Origin: Eledone cirrhosa
Lineage: Eukaryota
Assembly (NCBI GenBank): GCA_964016885.1
Contig: OZ024754.1
Coordinates: 27,032,001 to 27,096,000 of the forward strand
Reading direction: 5' to 3'
DNA length: 64,000 nucleotides
The notes below the pieces were generated by a model. It saw only the letters and a program-made list of their open reading frames with translations, was not told the DNA's origin and made no database searches. Below are positions 12,977 to 26,821 of the stretch, one piece after another. Within the stretch, counting starts at the first letter, position 1; each line of letters begins with the position of its first letter. Position numbers and translations under genes: made by a program.

Positions 12977-13056
12977 GATCGCGTTGACTGATGGAGTATG
13001 TATGTATGTATGTATGTATGTATGTATGTATGTATGTATGTATGTATGTATGTATG

Positions 13057-13935
13057 TATGTATGTATGTATGTATGTTTTCTCTTTCTCTTAATTTCGAG
13101 TATATTTTTTTGACCGGCCACCTTCCTGGTGGCAAGGTTGTAAAAGAAAAGAAATTGTCATCCCTTGAATCGTAAGAATGTTTTGCATATTTTGAAGGTG
13201 CCAGCTATCGCAGCCATTTGTAGACTATGAATTAGGGAGCTGCGCTTTTTGTCCGCAAATCCAAGTTCGGTCATACTTTGGTCCAAGCGGGTTGGTATAT
13301 AACCCGTAGCACCAATAATGATGGGTATGAAGCTAAAGGTGTATCTTGGATACTGGATTTGTAAGCTCCTCATCAATGGTCCGTAGATGTCCTCCTTCTC
13401 CTGTATTTTTCTGACAACGTTTACATCAAGTGGGCAGCTGATCTCCACAACAGAACACGTTTTCAATGTGTGGTCCCAAACTACAATATCAGGCCGGTTG
13501 TACTTTAATTTGGTGGCAGTTTTTATTTTCAGGTTCCACCAGTATTCCTTAGTGCCATCTGTCTCAATATATTCTTCCTCGTTTGTTGTTAATTTTGTTT
13601 TCCGAAGTGCGTTCCAGATAGTTCTAGCTATCCCATCGTGTCTCATGGGGAGGTAGTAGCGAGATGACATTCTTTCGCAGCTGGCAACAATGTGGCTTAC
13701 ATCCTCGATCTTTGTTTTACACAGCCTACATTTATTGTCAGCTGCTGGCCCTCCTCTTTTGTGCAGCAGATATTTGGTAGGGAGTTCTTGTTCCTGTATT
13801 GCATAGAGATATCCCTCAAGGTGTGATGTCATAAACTTGTCGGAACTCCATGCCAGGCTTTTTGAGTGGTTTATCCCCTCTATGGTCTGTGTTTTACGCC
13901 TCAAGTATCCATGCACAACTTTCTCTGTAAATTGG
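13057..13935 (-). mobile_element. 5'-truncated R4/Dong-type LINE, related family B (CCHC plus REL domain)
   Basis: ORF 13158..13916 has CRLCKTKIEDVSHIVASC, RHD, RPDIVVWD and VVEISCP. It lies within (CATA)n arrays. Confidence 0.9.
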
Positions 13936-14075
13936 TCAATTTTTTTTTTCTCTTTTTTTTTTCTTTTTTTTCTTGTTTGTATGTATATATGTATGTACGT
14001 ATGTATGTATGTATGTATGTATGTATGTATGTATGTATGTATGTATGTATGTATGTATGTATGTATGTATGTATG

Positions 14076-14688
14076 TTTGTGTCAGGTCACCAGTTGGTGC
14101 TACTGGTAACATGTATCCCAGTACAACCTGTCTCATGGTCGGGTCGTTGGCGACTAAACTGGCAACCCCACCAAGGTTTCTTGGTGAGGAGGGTGGCTTT
14201 GGACATCCTGCAGGACTAAAAACAAAACCTGTCAAAAGGCAAAGGGGCTCTTAAGAGTCAATAACCATCCAAAATCACCGGGAGAGATGACCCCTTAGCC
14301 TTTGTCAAGGCAGAATTCTAGGAGAAGGAAAACTCTGATATAACACCTGCAACTCTGATGGTATCCAATGATGTTGAATTGTTCTTCTTTTTGGTAAATA
14401 TCATCTTGGTTAAGAGAGTGGGACTGGCTTTGTGCAGTGCCTTTGCTCACTATAAAAGCTTCACAGCACAGGCATTGCTTTATATCTGGAGATCTCTCTG
14501 CACTTGTCGTCACATGGTACCATGGGCCCAGCACTATGTGTCAATAATTGTCACAAGTGTAGTGTTTGTACCAGAGTTTTCAAGTCGCTGGCTGGACTAA
14601 AAAGTCACATTCGTTCAGCGCATTGGTAGGGGTTCTCCTACATGGATATAAAGTAGTGGCCGTACTCGAAAACGAGTTGGCAGCCACC
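14076..14688 (+). mobile_element. Bipartite non-autonomous RTE-type element with an (ATGT)n tail
   Basis: The 3' part encodes the C2H2 remnant CSVCTRVFKSLAGLKSHIRSAH*, followed by the stem-loop gtggc..ctcg aaaa cgag..gccac and (ATGT)n. A near-identical truncated copy is at 35768-36169(-) and a relative at 44176-44690. Confidence 0.7.
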
Positions 14689-14730
14689 ATGTATGTATGT
14701 ATGTCTGACTGTATGTATGTATGTATGTGT

Positions 14731-15097
14731 GTTCTTCTGGTCTTATAATTTCACAAAGTTTTACCAATAGAGATAGAGTCGGTTTCTAACATAGACACAA
14801 GACTCTCTCATTGGAATTTACACAACATCAACTAGGTAGATATGTATGCATGCATGTGTAGATATGTATGTTATTGTATGTGTGGATGTGTATGTTTTGA
14901 GTTGTATGTGTGTATGTGTATATGCTTTGTATCTGTACATGTGTATATGCAGTTATTAGATGCAACATTTTTGGAATGTCTTACATATTTTTACTGTTCC
15001 ATTAATGGATTGTACTTGTAGTTTCCTAACTAGTTGTGTTCTTTCTGTTCCTCAAGATTTGTATTGAGGCAGTTACTAACATATCCCAGAGCCCCAA
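14731..15097 (-). mobile_element. 5'-truncated second copy of R4/Dong family A
   Basis: Near-identical to 8961-9342 apart from a small internal deletion. Flanked by (CATA)n. Confidence 0.9.
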
Positions 15098-15523
15098 GTA
15101 TGTATGTATGTATGTATGTATGTATGTATGTATGTATGTATGTATGTATGTATGTATGTATGTATGTATGTATGTATGTATGTATGTATATATGTACGTA
15201 TGTATTCATGTGTGTGTGCATGTATGTATGTGTGTGTATACATATGTATATATTTATGAATGTGTGTACGTATGTATATATTTATGTATGTGTGTACGTA
15301 TGAATATATGTACGCATGTATGTATACATGTTTGTACGCCTGTATGCACGTATGTATGTAAGTATGCACACATATACAAAACAACTATATATGTATCTAT
15401 TAAGATATATAGAGGGCTAGAGACAGACAGATTGACAGTTAGATAGATAGATAGATAGCGAGAGAGCTAGAAAGAGAGAGAGAGAGAGCTAGAAAAAGAG
15501 CTAGAGAGAAGGAGAGAAAGAGA

Positions 15524-15589
<66 letters not shown>

Positions 15590-15956
15590 GTTAGAAAGAG
15601 AGAGAGAGCTAGAAAAAGAGCTAGAAAGAGAGAGAGAGTTAGAGAGACTGAGCGAGAGAGAAAAGGAAAGTGTGGGAGAGAAAGAAAGAAGGCAGGTTAA
15701 AAGATAGTGTTAGTATAGGGGAATGTTTATTTTTGCCACATCCATAGACTTAATTTTCTCTTTCATTGGTATGTTTGAAATATTTTCTCCTACGTGTAAA
15801 TGATTTTTTTGTTGTTTCATTGTTTAAAATCAATATGATCAATACAGAGATTATATAGGCAAATTTTATTATATGAAGGAAATAGTACTACATACACACA
15901 TACACACACACACACACATATATGTATATATATATATGTATATATATATGTATATA

Positions 15957-16021
<65 letters not shown>

Positions 16022-16040
16022 GTATATATATATGTATATA

Positions 16041-16133
<93 letters not shown>

Positions 16134-16150
16134 ATATATATATATATATA

Positions 16151-16341
16151 GGAAAAGAGTCAGGACCCCGACGGCTGAGCTCCGACCGTTTCGACAGGTA
16201 AATCCAAACAGCTGTCGAAACGGCCGGAGCTCAGCCGTCGGGGTCCTGACTCTTTTCCTGTTACTCACTCCACTACCCTAAGTATCGAATACTCTGGTGC
16301 GTTATGGTTCACCTGGTTTCTTACCACATTTACTTTGTTAT
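16151..16341. mobile_element. F1-subfamily fragment with a fold-back (16151-16196 inverted against 16212-16258)
   Basis: Contains the 3' half of the F1 hammerhead (GAAAcggc...gccgTCggggt). Flanked by (TA)n. Confidence 0.8.
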
Positions 16342-16453
16342 AATTATACACACACATACACACACACATACACACACACATACACACAAAAACGCACACA
16401 AATACACACATATATATATATATAGAAGTGGTTACACAACAGTTAGTTCACCA

Positions 16454-16496
16454 TACTGAGAACAATTGTTTCACTTTAGCGGATCCTCAGCTCGTA
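16454..16496 (-). ncRNA. Minimal hammerhead-like motif (weak stem II)
   Basis: tacgag CTGAGGA tccgctaaagt GAAA caattg TT ctcagta. Confidence 0.55.
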
Positions 16497-16529
16497 ATGG
16501 ACATGGTTATACGGAACAGGAAGGACAAC

Positions 16530-16719
16530 CGTTCAATCGGGGCTATCCACAGTAAGAAGGTACTCAATGCATAGCAGAGTATAAGTATTAAATATAGAAA
16601 TGGCTTCTACAGGACTAGAACTGTTTCATTCGAAGGAAATCATCAGGAAAGAGCCCCATATTTTCCTGATGTTTTCGTTAGAATGAAACATTTCTAGTCC
16701 TGTAGAAGCCATTTCTATA

Positions 16720-16726
<7 letters not shown>
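16530..16726. mobile_element. Family F3 fold-back (arms 16586-16650 and 16662-16726) with a hammerhead-like core; other copies at 46284-46420(+) and 19655-19723
   Basis: CTGATGA tttc...gaat GAAA cagTTC occurs on the minus arm and at about 46291-46319. Stem I is not convincing. Confidence 0.6.
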
Positions 16727-16765
<39 letters not shown>

Positions 16766-16766
<1 letters not shown>

Positions 16767-18036
16767 CCACTACCAAAGTCGGCTGATCTCGGCTATACAG
16801 ACAACTACAGGGGAATAGCTTTGTCCTCCATTGTAGCCAAATGCTCGTCAACAGAATTCGACCAAAAATCAATCCACAACTACGTCCGAACCAGAATGGC
16901 TTCCGACTAGGAAGGTCGACTATTGCGCATATTCTTGCATTGAGGAGATTAATCGAGGGTGTCCAATCACACAACCCAAAGGCTGTCGTGACATTTGTAG
17001 GCTTTCGAAAAGCATTCGACAGCATCCACTGAGGGCGAATGCTCCAGATCCTGAAAGCATATGATGTGCCTTAAAAGATAGTTCAAGCTATAGGTCAGAT
17101 GTACGGGGGTACTCGAGCTCGCGTATTGACACCGGACAGAAACACTTATTACTTTAAGATTCTCGCAGGTGTTCTCCAAGGCGACACGCTTGCACCCTTC
17201 ATACTTGCAATTATGCTCGATTATGCAATGAGACAGGCCATTCATGGGAAGGAAGAAGAGTTGGGTTTCAAATTGGATCAAAGGAGAAGTTGTCGTCACC
17301 ATCCAAAAGTTGTCACTGACACAGACTTCGCCGATGACATTGCCTTGATCACAGAGGAAATCAGCCAAGCTCAAGCACTGCTCACACATGTCGAGGTTGA
17401 ATCAGGCAAAATAGGACTGCCTCTCAATGCAAAGAAGACCGAAATCATGCACTACAATCAGGTTGATCCAGCTCCAGGCCTTACTAAGGACGGTACAACA
17501 ATCAAAACAGTTGAGAACTTTAAGTATCTTGGTGCATGGATGCACAGCTCACGCAAGGACTTTGAAGTTAGAAAAGCATTAGCATGGTCGGCATGCTACA
17601 AGCTACTGAAGGTGTGAAAGTCCGACTTAAACCGCAAAATCAAGGAGCGCCTCTTCCTAGCAACTGTTGAGTCCGTCCTGCTTTACGGCGGTGAAACGTG
17701 GACTATTGACAAAGTGCTATGCAAGAGACTTGACGGATGTTGCACGGGGATGTTGAGAATGGCTCTCAACATTTCTTGGAAACAGAAGCTGACAAATAAG
17801 GAACTATACAGATCACTACCACCGGTCTCAAAATAGGTTGCCTGCAGATGAATGAAACTGAAGAGATAGCATCACAACTTGTGCTCTGGAAACTGACGGT
17901 CGGACCAAGATACCCTGCTGAGAGAAGCCAACATTGATAACATCGATGAACTGAGAAATGTCATGTTCGACCGGGACGATTGGAGAAGGAGTGCTGAATC
18001 TTTGCGAGTGTAAACTCGGCCGAAGACAAAGAAGAA
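16766..18036 (+). mobile_element. 5'-truncated, degenerate RTE/RTE-X clade LINE (RT domain to 3' end)
   Basis: Motifs NYRGIAL, LRPNQNGFR, FRKAFDSIH, GVLQGDTLAPF, DFADDIAL and FKYLGAW, with in-frame stops. Confidence 0.88.
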
Positions 18037-18038
18037 TA

Positions 18039-18523
<485 letters not shown>

Positions 18524-19142
18524 CAATCTTCTATACACAATCATACACACCCGTGTATATTTATCTATATATATATATATATATATGGATACAAAAAAAT
18601 AAACACCAGAGTACAATGAAGGAATATAATAGTGTAACATTTGATCAAATCGTCTTTATGTTTCGAGACCAGTCCTTCAGCAGGAGATAAGAATACGAAA
18701 GAGAGAGAAAAAAGAGGAAATAGAATTTTTTAGAGATTGAGAAATGGAAGGAACGGAAAACATTTTTCGAGAAAAATATCGTGTGTATTCAGTCATCTAT
18801 TTTATACAGATGCACATATTTTCTGGAAAACATGCTATAGGTTCTGCAGAGAGTCAACTATGAATTCAACTATCATTTCAAATGATAGTAGTCAGACTAT
18901 TAAATTCCTCCTTATATTAACTTGAGTGATTACGATCATATCTTAACTGACAGTTATAAGTCTCTCATCTGCTAACTTGTTATTAAATCTTTACAAGTTC
19001 ATCTACCAAATCGAAATGTGGAACATTGAAATTCAGGTGATAAAAATCAATGTAAACTTTAATTACATGTATATATCGGATTTTACAGTTTTAAATATAA
19101 CAAGCAATAATAATAATAACAATAATAATGATAATAATAATA

Positions 19143-19360
19143 ACCGCATGGAAAAAGGCTATTATCTCAAAGAGTTTCCAAGGATGGTTACAGAAGATTA
19201 GTCCAGCCTCACTTTTTGGAACACTTCAAAAGGCATGGTTGCTGGGAACAGCAAGAACCCTCCGATACGTCCTGAATATCTGAGGCTGCAGGTAGTGGCT
19301 TGATATTCATTTCAACAAACTTTCCATTTAAATAACATCAATGACTGAGACTCAAAGAAC
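19143..19360 (+). mobile_element. 3' end of a Dong-like LINE in (TAA)n
   Basis: Encodes LQKAWLLGTARTLRYVLNI*, an R4/Dong C-terminus pattern. (TAA)n lies on both sides. Confidence 0.65.
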
Positions 19361-19374
19361 AATAATAATAATAA

Positions 19375-19554
19375 TTGTTTCTACTTTTGGCTCAAGGCCA
19401 GCAATTACCCAGTGTATTACTGGTACTTTATTTTATCGACCCCGTAAGGATGAAAGGTAAAGTTAACCTCGGCGGGATTTGAACTCAGAATGGAAAGGGC
19501 GGTAACTCTTTGCGTCAAAGCATGGCGTCAGACCCTCTACCGATACTGCCAATC
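19375..19554 (-). mobile_element. SINE S1
   Basis: Full-length match to 6439-6620, reversed. Confidence 0.9.
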
Positions 19555-19600
19555 TAACAACAACAACAACAACAATAATAATAATAATAATAATAATAAT

Positions 19601-19646
<46 letters not shown>

Positions 19647-19732
19647 ATGTGTGAGTCCCAGGTTCAATTGAGGGTAATCACAGTAAGGTTCTCAATACAT
19701 TTAATATAGAAATGGCCACTTCTATATACATA

Positions 19733-19774
<42 letters not shown>

Positions 19775-20142
19775 AGTAAGTAAAAAATTTAAAAAAAATT
19801 TTTTTAAATAATATTTTCTTATTTTACGTCTTTTATATTATTGTTCTGCATTCTCCTGCATTGAACCACCTAGGTACTATGACATAGCCTGTGTATTTGC
19901 TAGCATGGGCGTGCATCTGTGCGCTTATGTTAGTTGATATATTAAATTATCTATATATATATATATAAATGTGTGTGTATGTGTATGTGTGTGTGCGTGT
20001 GCGTGTATGTGTGTATGTGTGAGTGTGTGTATGGCGTAATTTTGTTTTCCGACAGTAAACAAATTTTGTATAGTGACTCCCATCATATTGATCGCATAAG
20101 TTTTAAATTCTCTCTCTTCCCTTCTCTCTGTCTCTCTCCGCC

Positions 20143-20250
20143 TCACAGCACATGCATTGGAAACAATGTCCAACATCTACTGCATGTCCTCTACTGTGTG
20201 AGCCTCAAAATCTGCATCATCAGAGTACAGGAACTCCCTAACAAGAGCGC
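20143..20250 (-). mobile_element. RTE reverse transcriptase fragment
   Basis: Reads LVREFLYSDDADFEAHTVEDMQ*MLDIVSNAC (YxDD region). Confidence 0.6.
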
Positions 20251-20447
20251 CGAAAATTTTGGACATGGTGTTAAACCGTCTTAGATTATGACGTGTATAT
20301 TTAATAGTGACTGTCTTAAAGTTGGGTGTTTAGGTAAACAAATTTTAATCTTATACCTGTTAAATAATTGTCTATATATGGTTTGTCGGGAAGTGATTGT
20401 CTATTAAAGTTCTGCCGATATTGGTTTAAATCTATCTATCTATTTAT

Positions 20448-20490
<43 letters not shown>

Positions 20491-20698
20491 GTATGTATGT
20501 ACACATATACAGGAACATAATCACATATATAGTCCATAATCTTAAATTTGTGACAATTTGGGGAAAGAAAAAAAACGAACATATCTTATTGAATTCATAA
20601 AACAATGGTTTGTGTGCTTGTTAGGAATTGATATATAACAAAAATTGCTTATTCATTTAGTGTCAAAATTACAATAACAAATATTTATATTAACTTAC

Positions 20699-21756
20699 CT
20701 GGAATGTATTCAATGTCCCGAAATAAATCGGAACAAATGCTAGCCAAATGATGCACGTTGTGTACATTGAAAAACCAATGAATTTGGACTCATTGAAGTT
20801 TTCTGGTATATTTCTTGTCTTGACAGCGTAGACAGTACATATTATAATGAGAAGCATGTTGTATATTAATGAAACTAGGAACGATATATCTCGCGTTTTA
20901 CATTTGAGTATAATTTCATTTCGTCTGTTATAAGGGTAATAACGTCGCGTGCCCGGTGGTTCCAAGATCAGCCAAATTACTGTAAAGACAATCTGAATCG
21001 ATATTAAGATACTAGCTATTGCGATTTGAGATCGTGGACTAATGAATGGTGGACGCTGAGCTGAGCGACGTGCGTTGTAGAATATTCGTGATATTCGGTT
21101 AGTCTTTGTAAGGAGCGCCGAGTATATTATTGCAAAGCCGAAACCAACTCCGATCCGCTGTAAGGAACATATGAACATTGATGGTTTGGCTATAAGTATA
21201 AATGACATTAGATAACAAACTAAACAACCACTGAGAAGCATGTAGCTCAGCTCTCTGCCAGATGCCATCACAACTGGTGTGTCGTTATATCGTACGAATG
21301 TTACTATCACGGTAACGGTGCCAATAATACCAAGGCACGACAGTGAAAGTGGCGCAATAGCATAGATACTGGTCCAAGTCATGTGCTGAACTTCAAGCTG
21401 ATAGCAACTACGCCTATCGGGGAAAGGCCATCGGCCGAGTCCGCAGTCCATGCACGTAAATTCATCCTTCAGAAATTCATGGTCAGCGCATTTGAGGCAA
21501 ATCCAACAACAGGAGTCGTGTTCTGATTTCTTCTCATCAAATTTACAGGGCTTGCTACATCTGGATATTGGAACCACGTTTGTTCCTCCATTCCACCTAA
21601 TTTCAGCGCCTGTCAGTTCCAAGCCATGTTTGCCCCAAATTCCCACGTGTTTATAACCGTAAGAGCCGGTAATGTTATCGTAAGCATAGTTGTATATACT
21701 GTAGCGACCAAGCGCATCACCTTTTGTGTCAAACTGAACAAGGGCGCCGTATCCAT
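20699..21756 (-). CDS. mGluR: Metabotropic glutamate receptor, second coding exon: end of VFT, cysteine-rich domain, TM1-TM6
   Basis: Acceptor ttactcttttccag|AT joins in phase 1 to give NGYGALVQFDTKGDALGRY. It carries a nine-Cys CRD and the motifs TPVVMASGRELSY, LLTKTNRISRIF, KTRNIPENFNESKFIGFSMYTTCIIWLAFVPIYFG. Donor CAG|GTAAGT at 20699/20698. TM7 and the C-tail were not found in the window. Confidence 0.96.
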
Positions 21757-21808
21757 CTGGAAAAGAGTAAATAGGCGAGATTAATCACAATGACTATAAT
21801 TAATATCC

Positions 21809-21849
<41 letters not shown>

Positions 21850-21861
21850 AAATAATAATGG

Positions 21862-24800
21862 TTTCTTTATTGCCCACAAGGGCTAACATGAAGAAAAACA
21901 TTACAGACGGCACAGAACGGTACAGGACGATACAAAGTGGGTTTTGGCCGTGTAAAAAAGGTTATAACAAGAAGATAGAAATATAAAAAAAATTCAAACA
22001 ACAAAAATTCCCAAATAGGAGGGAAACTTCCGAGGGTCACTCGTAGCGAAAACCACACAAAAGACCACAGCCACCCTGACCACCAGGGCAAGCGCCCTCC
22101 CTCAGTTTTCCACTCCTCAGTCTACAGGCGCATACTCAGAGCGGGCCCGTTCACTAGGACCAAACTCGCCACTTTCACCCGCCTTTCAACAAACTTATTA
22201 TAAGACAGCACTTGTCTCTCCACTCTGATTTTCCTCTTCAAGTGAAATTTGAAAAATTTAATCAGGGATTCGCCGCAGAGGAAAGTGTACGTCTTCAATC
22301 CTTTCAACCTTGTCCACCATACAATCTCTTTCGCCATGGCCACCAGGCAGATGAAAACTGCCTGCCCTTCCTCGTCTTTGAAGGAGGACGGCGGGGCTAT
22401 CTGCACAATAGACTCAGTCAATAACCGGATCCGTCCTACACGTGACAGCACATTTTCGACATAGCTCCGCAAGTCAGAAATGCTCGGACACTGAACGAGT
22501 GCATGCACAACGGTTTCGTCACTCTGTGCGCATCTTGGACAGGTTCGGCTGACGGAACTTCCGTACCTGTAGAGCATATCTCGAACCGGCAACGCTCCCC
22601 GGTAGCACTGCCAGGCCAGGAATTTCTGGAAGTTGTCCATAGGCCCCAGGCTGAAAGTTCTCTTCTCTTGCAAAGAGCGGACAGCTGATCGTCTTCGACG
22701 CCCAGGGTCTCCCCGAGAACGCCGTCACTCTTCCCCTCCACTAGTCTTCTATAGAACGCCGAGGTGGATGTTCCACCGATACTAGTGCCCAGCTGGTAGA
22801 AGGCTGTGAGCGCTTGGAGACATTCCAGCTTCCAAGCACTATCCCTCGGTCTTTTCCTGATCCAGGACTGTAGCTCCGTTAATGCAAGCACCTCTTCACT
22901 GTCAAGGAAGCACCAGATGTGCCGCAGCCTCAGCACGTGTTTGCGCATCATCAGCCACGGCATGCCCAGCCCTCCACACAACGGGTCTTGACAGCAAATG
23001 GATCGTCTGACCATGGGAGCACGTTCCTTCCATAAAAAGCGGAAGAGGAGGCACTCCATTTTTGTCAGAGTTGGGCCGGGGCAAGGCACAACGGTTAGGC
23101 GGTAGCAGATGACGGATGCGATGAACGCATTCGCCACCTCTGCCCGACCTTTCAGGTACAGCTTCCTCTCGGCCCAGTTTTTCTCCATCTGGAGGTCCGG
23201 ACCGAACCAGACCCCGAGCAATTTAGCCGGTCCTTCCGTCCAACGCCCCACGATGCTGTCGGGCGGCATGGACTTGCCTCTCCAAATGCCGAGCTGCAAG
23301 CCCACCGACTTTTCCTGGTTTAACTTTGCTCCTGCCACTGCTTCATATTCCTTGAGAGCGGTGCCGAGCATCTGGACATGTCCGGCGCTTGACACCACCA
23401 CGGTGACGTCGTCGGCGTAAGCCAATACGGATCTCCCACATCCCAGTTCGCGTGGGACGTCTCTCATCGCCTCCAATTTGTGCAGTAACGGCTCTAGGGC
23501 CAATACGTACAAGAGTGACGAGAGTGACGAGTGAACGGCTGTGACAGATGACCGTTCACCTTCACAACTGAGCAGATGTCTCTGTCCATCGCAGCGATCC
23601 AGCCCATGAAAATGGGCCCGAAACCAGCCGCCTCGAGGACCGCAGCCAGGTACCGATAGTCGACCCAATCAAAAGCCTGAGATTGATCTAAGTTGATCAA
23701 GGCGCCACCCGTGCCAGGTTCCTTAACCACCCTCTCTATGATGTATTGCATGAGGTGGAGGTTGTCGTGGATGGATCTGTCTGGAATAGCGCATGTCTGC
23801 GCTTTTCCTACCAGATTACCGACGACAAGCGCCACTCTCGTTGCTAACACTTTGGCCAAAATCTTGTTTAACAGAGTTATGGGCCTGAAGATGTCTCTAA
23901 GGTCCCCTTTGTTCGGGTATTTTCTCAACAGCGCCACCGTTCCCCGGCTCACAAAACTGGGACTGCTCCCGTTCTGCTGCCAGTTGCAGTAGACATCTGC
24001 CAAGAGGTCGCCGAACAAGTCTGTCATGTACACATAAAGCTCGTAGGGTAGACCATCCAAACCTGGCGATTTACCCCTCGGGCAGTCAGACATCGCTTCC
24101 TGTATTTCACCTGCTGTTATCAGCTTTTCGCAATACTGCGGTCGCCGAGAGCTGCGGCAGTCCCTCGAGATATGCACTGAAATTCATACTCTGATCTGGC
24201 CCGCCGCCGCTCCCAAACAGTTGAGCAAAGTGCTGCTGAAAAGCCTCACACATCTGCTCTGGTTCGAGTAACACGTGCCCGTTTTGGTCAGGTAAGGATT
24301 GAATTGTAGCTTTGTTGCCATGTCGCGCCTCCACCACCCGGACCCATTGGACAGCTTTTGTCCCCTCTTGTCTCAGAGCACGCGCTCTAGCTCTGACAAC
24401 GCAGCCTTCGTGCTTTGCATTGAAGAATTGGTCGAGTGCCAATCTTGCCGCAAGCACGTCGGTTGCGATGCCTGTCCTAAACCCCTCTTCTAGCTTTCTA
24501 ACAAGCTCTCCTTCTACTCTATTTTCCTCTATCTTTACTCCTTTGCTAAACCCTATTGATTCTACTCTAATTGCCCTTTTCGGGGTAAACCACCACCTGT
24601 TGTTGACGATCGCACCCGTCAACGTACGCTTAACTAATTCGCTTATCCGGTCTCTGTACGCTTTGCGCGCCGGGAAAGATGCGTTCAGCTTCCAGTAACC
24701 AGGTCCTTGCCTATGAAGCCTATCTAAGTCGACTTCACAGATCACAAATTTGTGGTCCGAGTAGCCGACTACTTTAAATTGCAGACAACCTACGCTTGCC

Positions 24801-25505
24801 TTATCTGTTTCCCTACACAATACCCTATCTAAATACGATCTTGATGACCCGATGCGGTTTGCCCATGTCAACATTGGCACATTCGGATAATCCAGTCGAT
24901 ACCTGTCGGTTGGTGGTTTCAAGAACACTGAAAATTCAGTTCTGGTTACCATCTGTGTTGCGACTGCCATCTCCTCTGTGATCAGGACTGTCTCTACGTT
25001 GCGTGCCACCCTAGCAAAAGAGATGGTCCCCTTTTCAACGGCAACATTGTTGCTGCCGCTACTGCTGACACTGGTCTTGTTGTTGGTCCTGTTGCTGTTG
25101 CTACAGCAACAACTGGTGTTATTGTTGCTGCCGCTGCTACTGCTGCCTCCTTTGTTGCCGTTGTTGCCAAAGGCATCAGCAGCAGCCACTTCTCGACCGC
25201 CGCTTGTTGAAGAAGAGGATGAAATGGCCTTTGCCTGACTTTCACTACGTGACGGCGAAGAAGACGAAAAGGAAAGAGAGTCTTCACGCTGATAGCTTGG
25301 TGAAGAACGAAGTTTTTGGGGAAGACAAGGTAGAGAAAGATAGCTTGGTGCAGAACGAAATTTTGAGTGAAGACAAGGTAGAGAAACAGACTTTTTGAGT
25401 GACGCCATTTTTCTTATTTTTTGTGTTTAAACACAAAACAATATCAATTTTTACAATAAGTTTGCAATAAAAATCATAAACTTACGCGAGCAAAATTTCC
25501 TGCCA
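21862..25505 (-). mobile_element. Internally deleted Tx1/L1-clade LINE (APE remnant, RT, C-terminal CCHC) in the mGluR intron, sense orientation
   Basis: Motifs YLDRVL, YSDHKFV, GPGYWKLN, KSPGLDGLPYELY, FRPITLLN, YADDVTV, GGLGMP and CPRC..ETVVHALVQC, with frameshifts. AATAAA at 21871-21866. (TAA)n-type repeats at both ends. Confidence 0.9.
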
Positions 25506-25549
25506 CAATAATAACAACAACAACAACAATAATAATAATAATAATAAAA

Positions 25550-25930
25550 AACAGAGGGCATGCCTGCTGATTGACATGGCCTTTCCAATAGACAAGAATG
25601 TATCTTTGAAAGCATTTGAAAAATTGATCAAATATAAAGACCTGGAAATAGAGATTGGAAAAATGTGGAAGTTGAGAACTAAAACAATACCAGTGGTTGT
25701 AGGGGATCTAGGAATGATACCTAAGGGGTTTCATAATTACTTATCCCAAATCCCAGGAAACCCAAAAGATAGTACTAACGGGAAATGCCTATATACTAAG
25801 GAAGATTCTGTCAAAACAAGTGTGTGTGTTATTATTTTCTTGAACATGGCGGCCCTTGTTGTCTCTTGAGATCACTGGTTGTGACTTGGTGATGACTTGT
25901 ATGAACATAAAGCACGACAAATGAAAAAAT
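25550..25930 (+). mobile_element. 5'-truncated Dong/R4 LINE (REL endonuclease end) in (TAA)n
   Basis: Encodes CLLIDMAFPID...EKLIKYKDLEIEIGKMWKLRTKTIPVVVGDLG. Flanked by (TAA)n. Confidence 0.8.
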
Positions 25931-26044
25931 AATAATAATAAAATTATTTATTACTAGCTGAACCCACGTAAATCGCAAGGTATAATTAGGAACCACCTCA
26001 GAATATTAAAGATCAATATGACATTTAAATGATTTTTACAAGTT

Positions 26045-26100
<56 letters not shown>

Positions 26101-26821
26101 ACACCTACATGCACACTCTATACAGTATTTAAAACCAACAATCTTTATGTATCTCTCCTCTCCCTCTCTCTTTCACACACACATCCCATCCTCCTTTCCA
26201 AAGAGATTTTTACGGTGTGGGATTAAAAAAAAAAATTGGCGATACCTTACCCCCACTCTCTATTGCTTTTTCTCTTTCTTACTCGCCTACATACTTTCAG
26301 CATTCCTTTCCCAATATGTCCGACGTTTTACACGAATATATATAACAGTTTTAATATAGATAGATAGGAAAGTGACAAATAATTAAGTTATTATATCTAT
26401 TTTCATTGAAGTGAGGTTACTTTAATGGCGTTTTCCCTCAGCACGCATGCCGATTAATAAAGTGAAATATCAATTTAATTCGCTTTACATATTTCAAAGA
26501 CATGCATTATGAACGATTCTTCTCAATATATTATCAGTTCTAAATATCGTTAAACCCTTGGGAAGATGTATTTCCTCAGAAGAACTACATGATAAACATT
26601 AGTGAATTATTTAAGTAATTAAGAAGTCATCAGGAATAATAACACCAACGCAGCTAAATCGAAGCATTCATTGACTAGAATTGTTTTGCATACTAAGTAC
26701 ATGCGGTGTATATTTGTGCGTAGAGGCAAGTATTTCGCTGGTATACATGTTACTTTTCAGGAGGAGGTATACAATTCAAATAAAGAGTGAGAGGATGGAA
26801 GTAAGAAAGAGATATAGAGGA

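Noticed and set aside
20215-20228. CTGATGA on the minus strand as a hammerhead core
   Set aside because: It is the Y-S-D-D codons of an RTE RT fragment, with no GAAA or stem arrangement.
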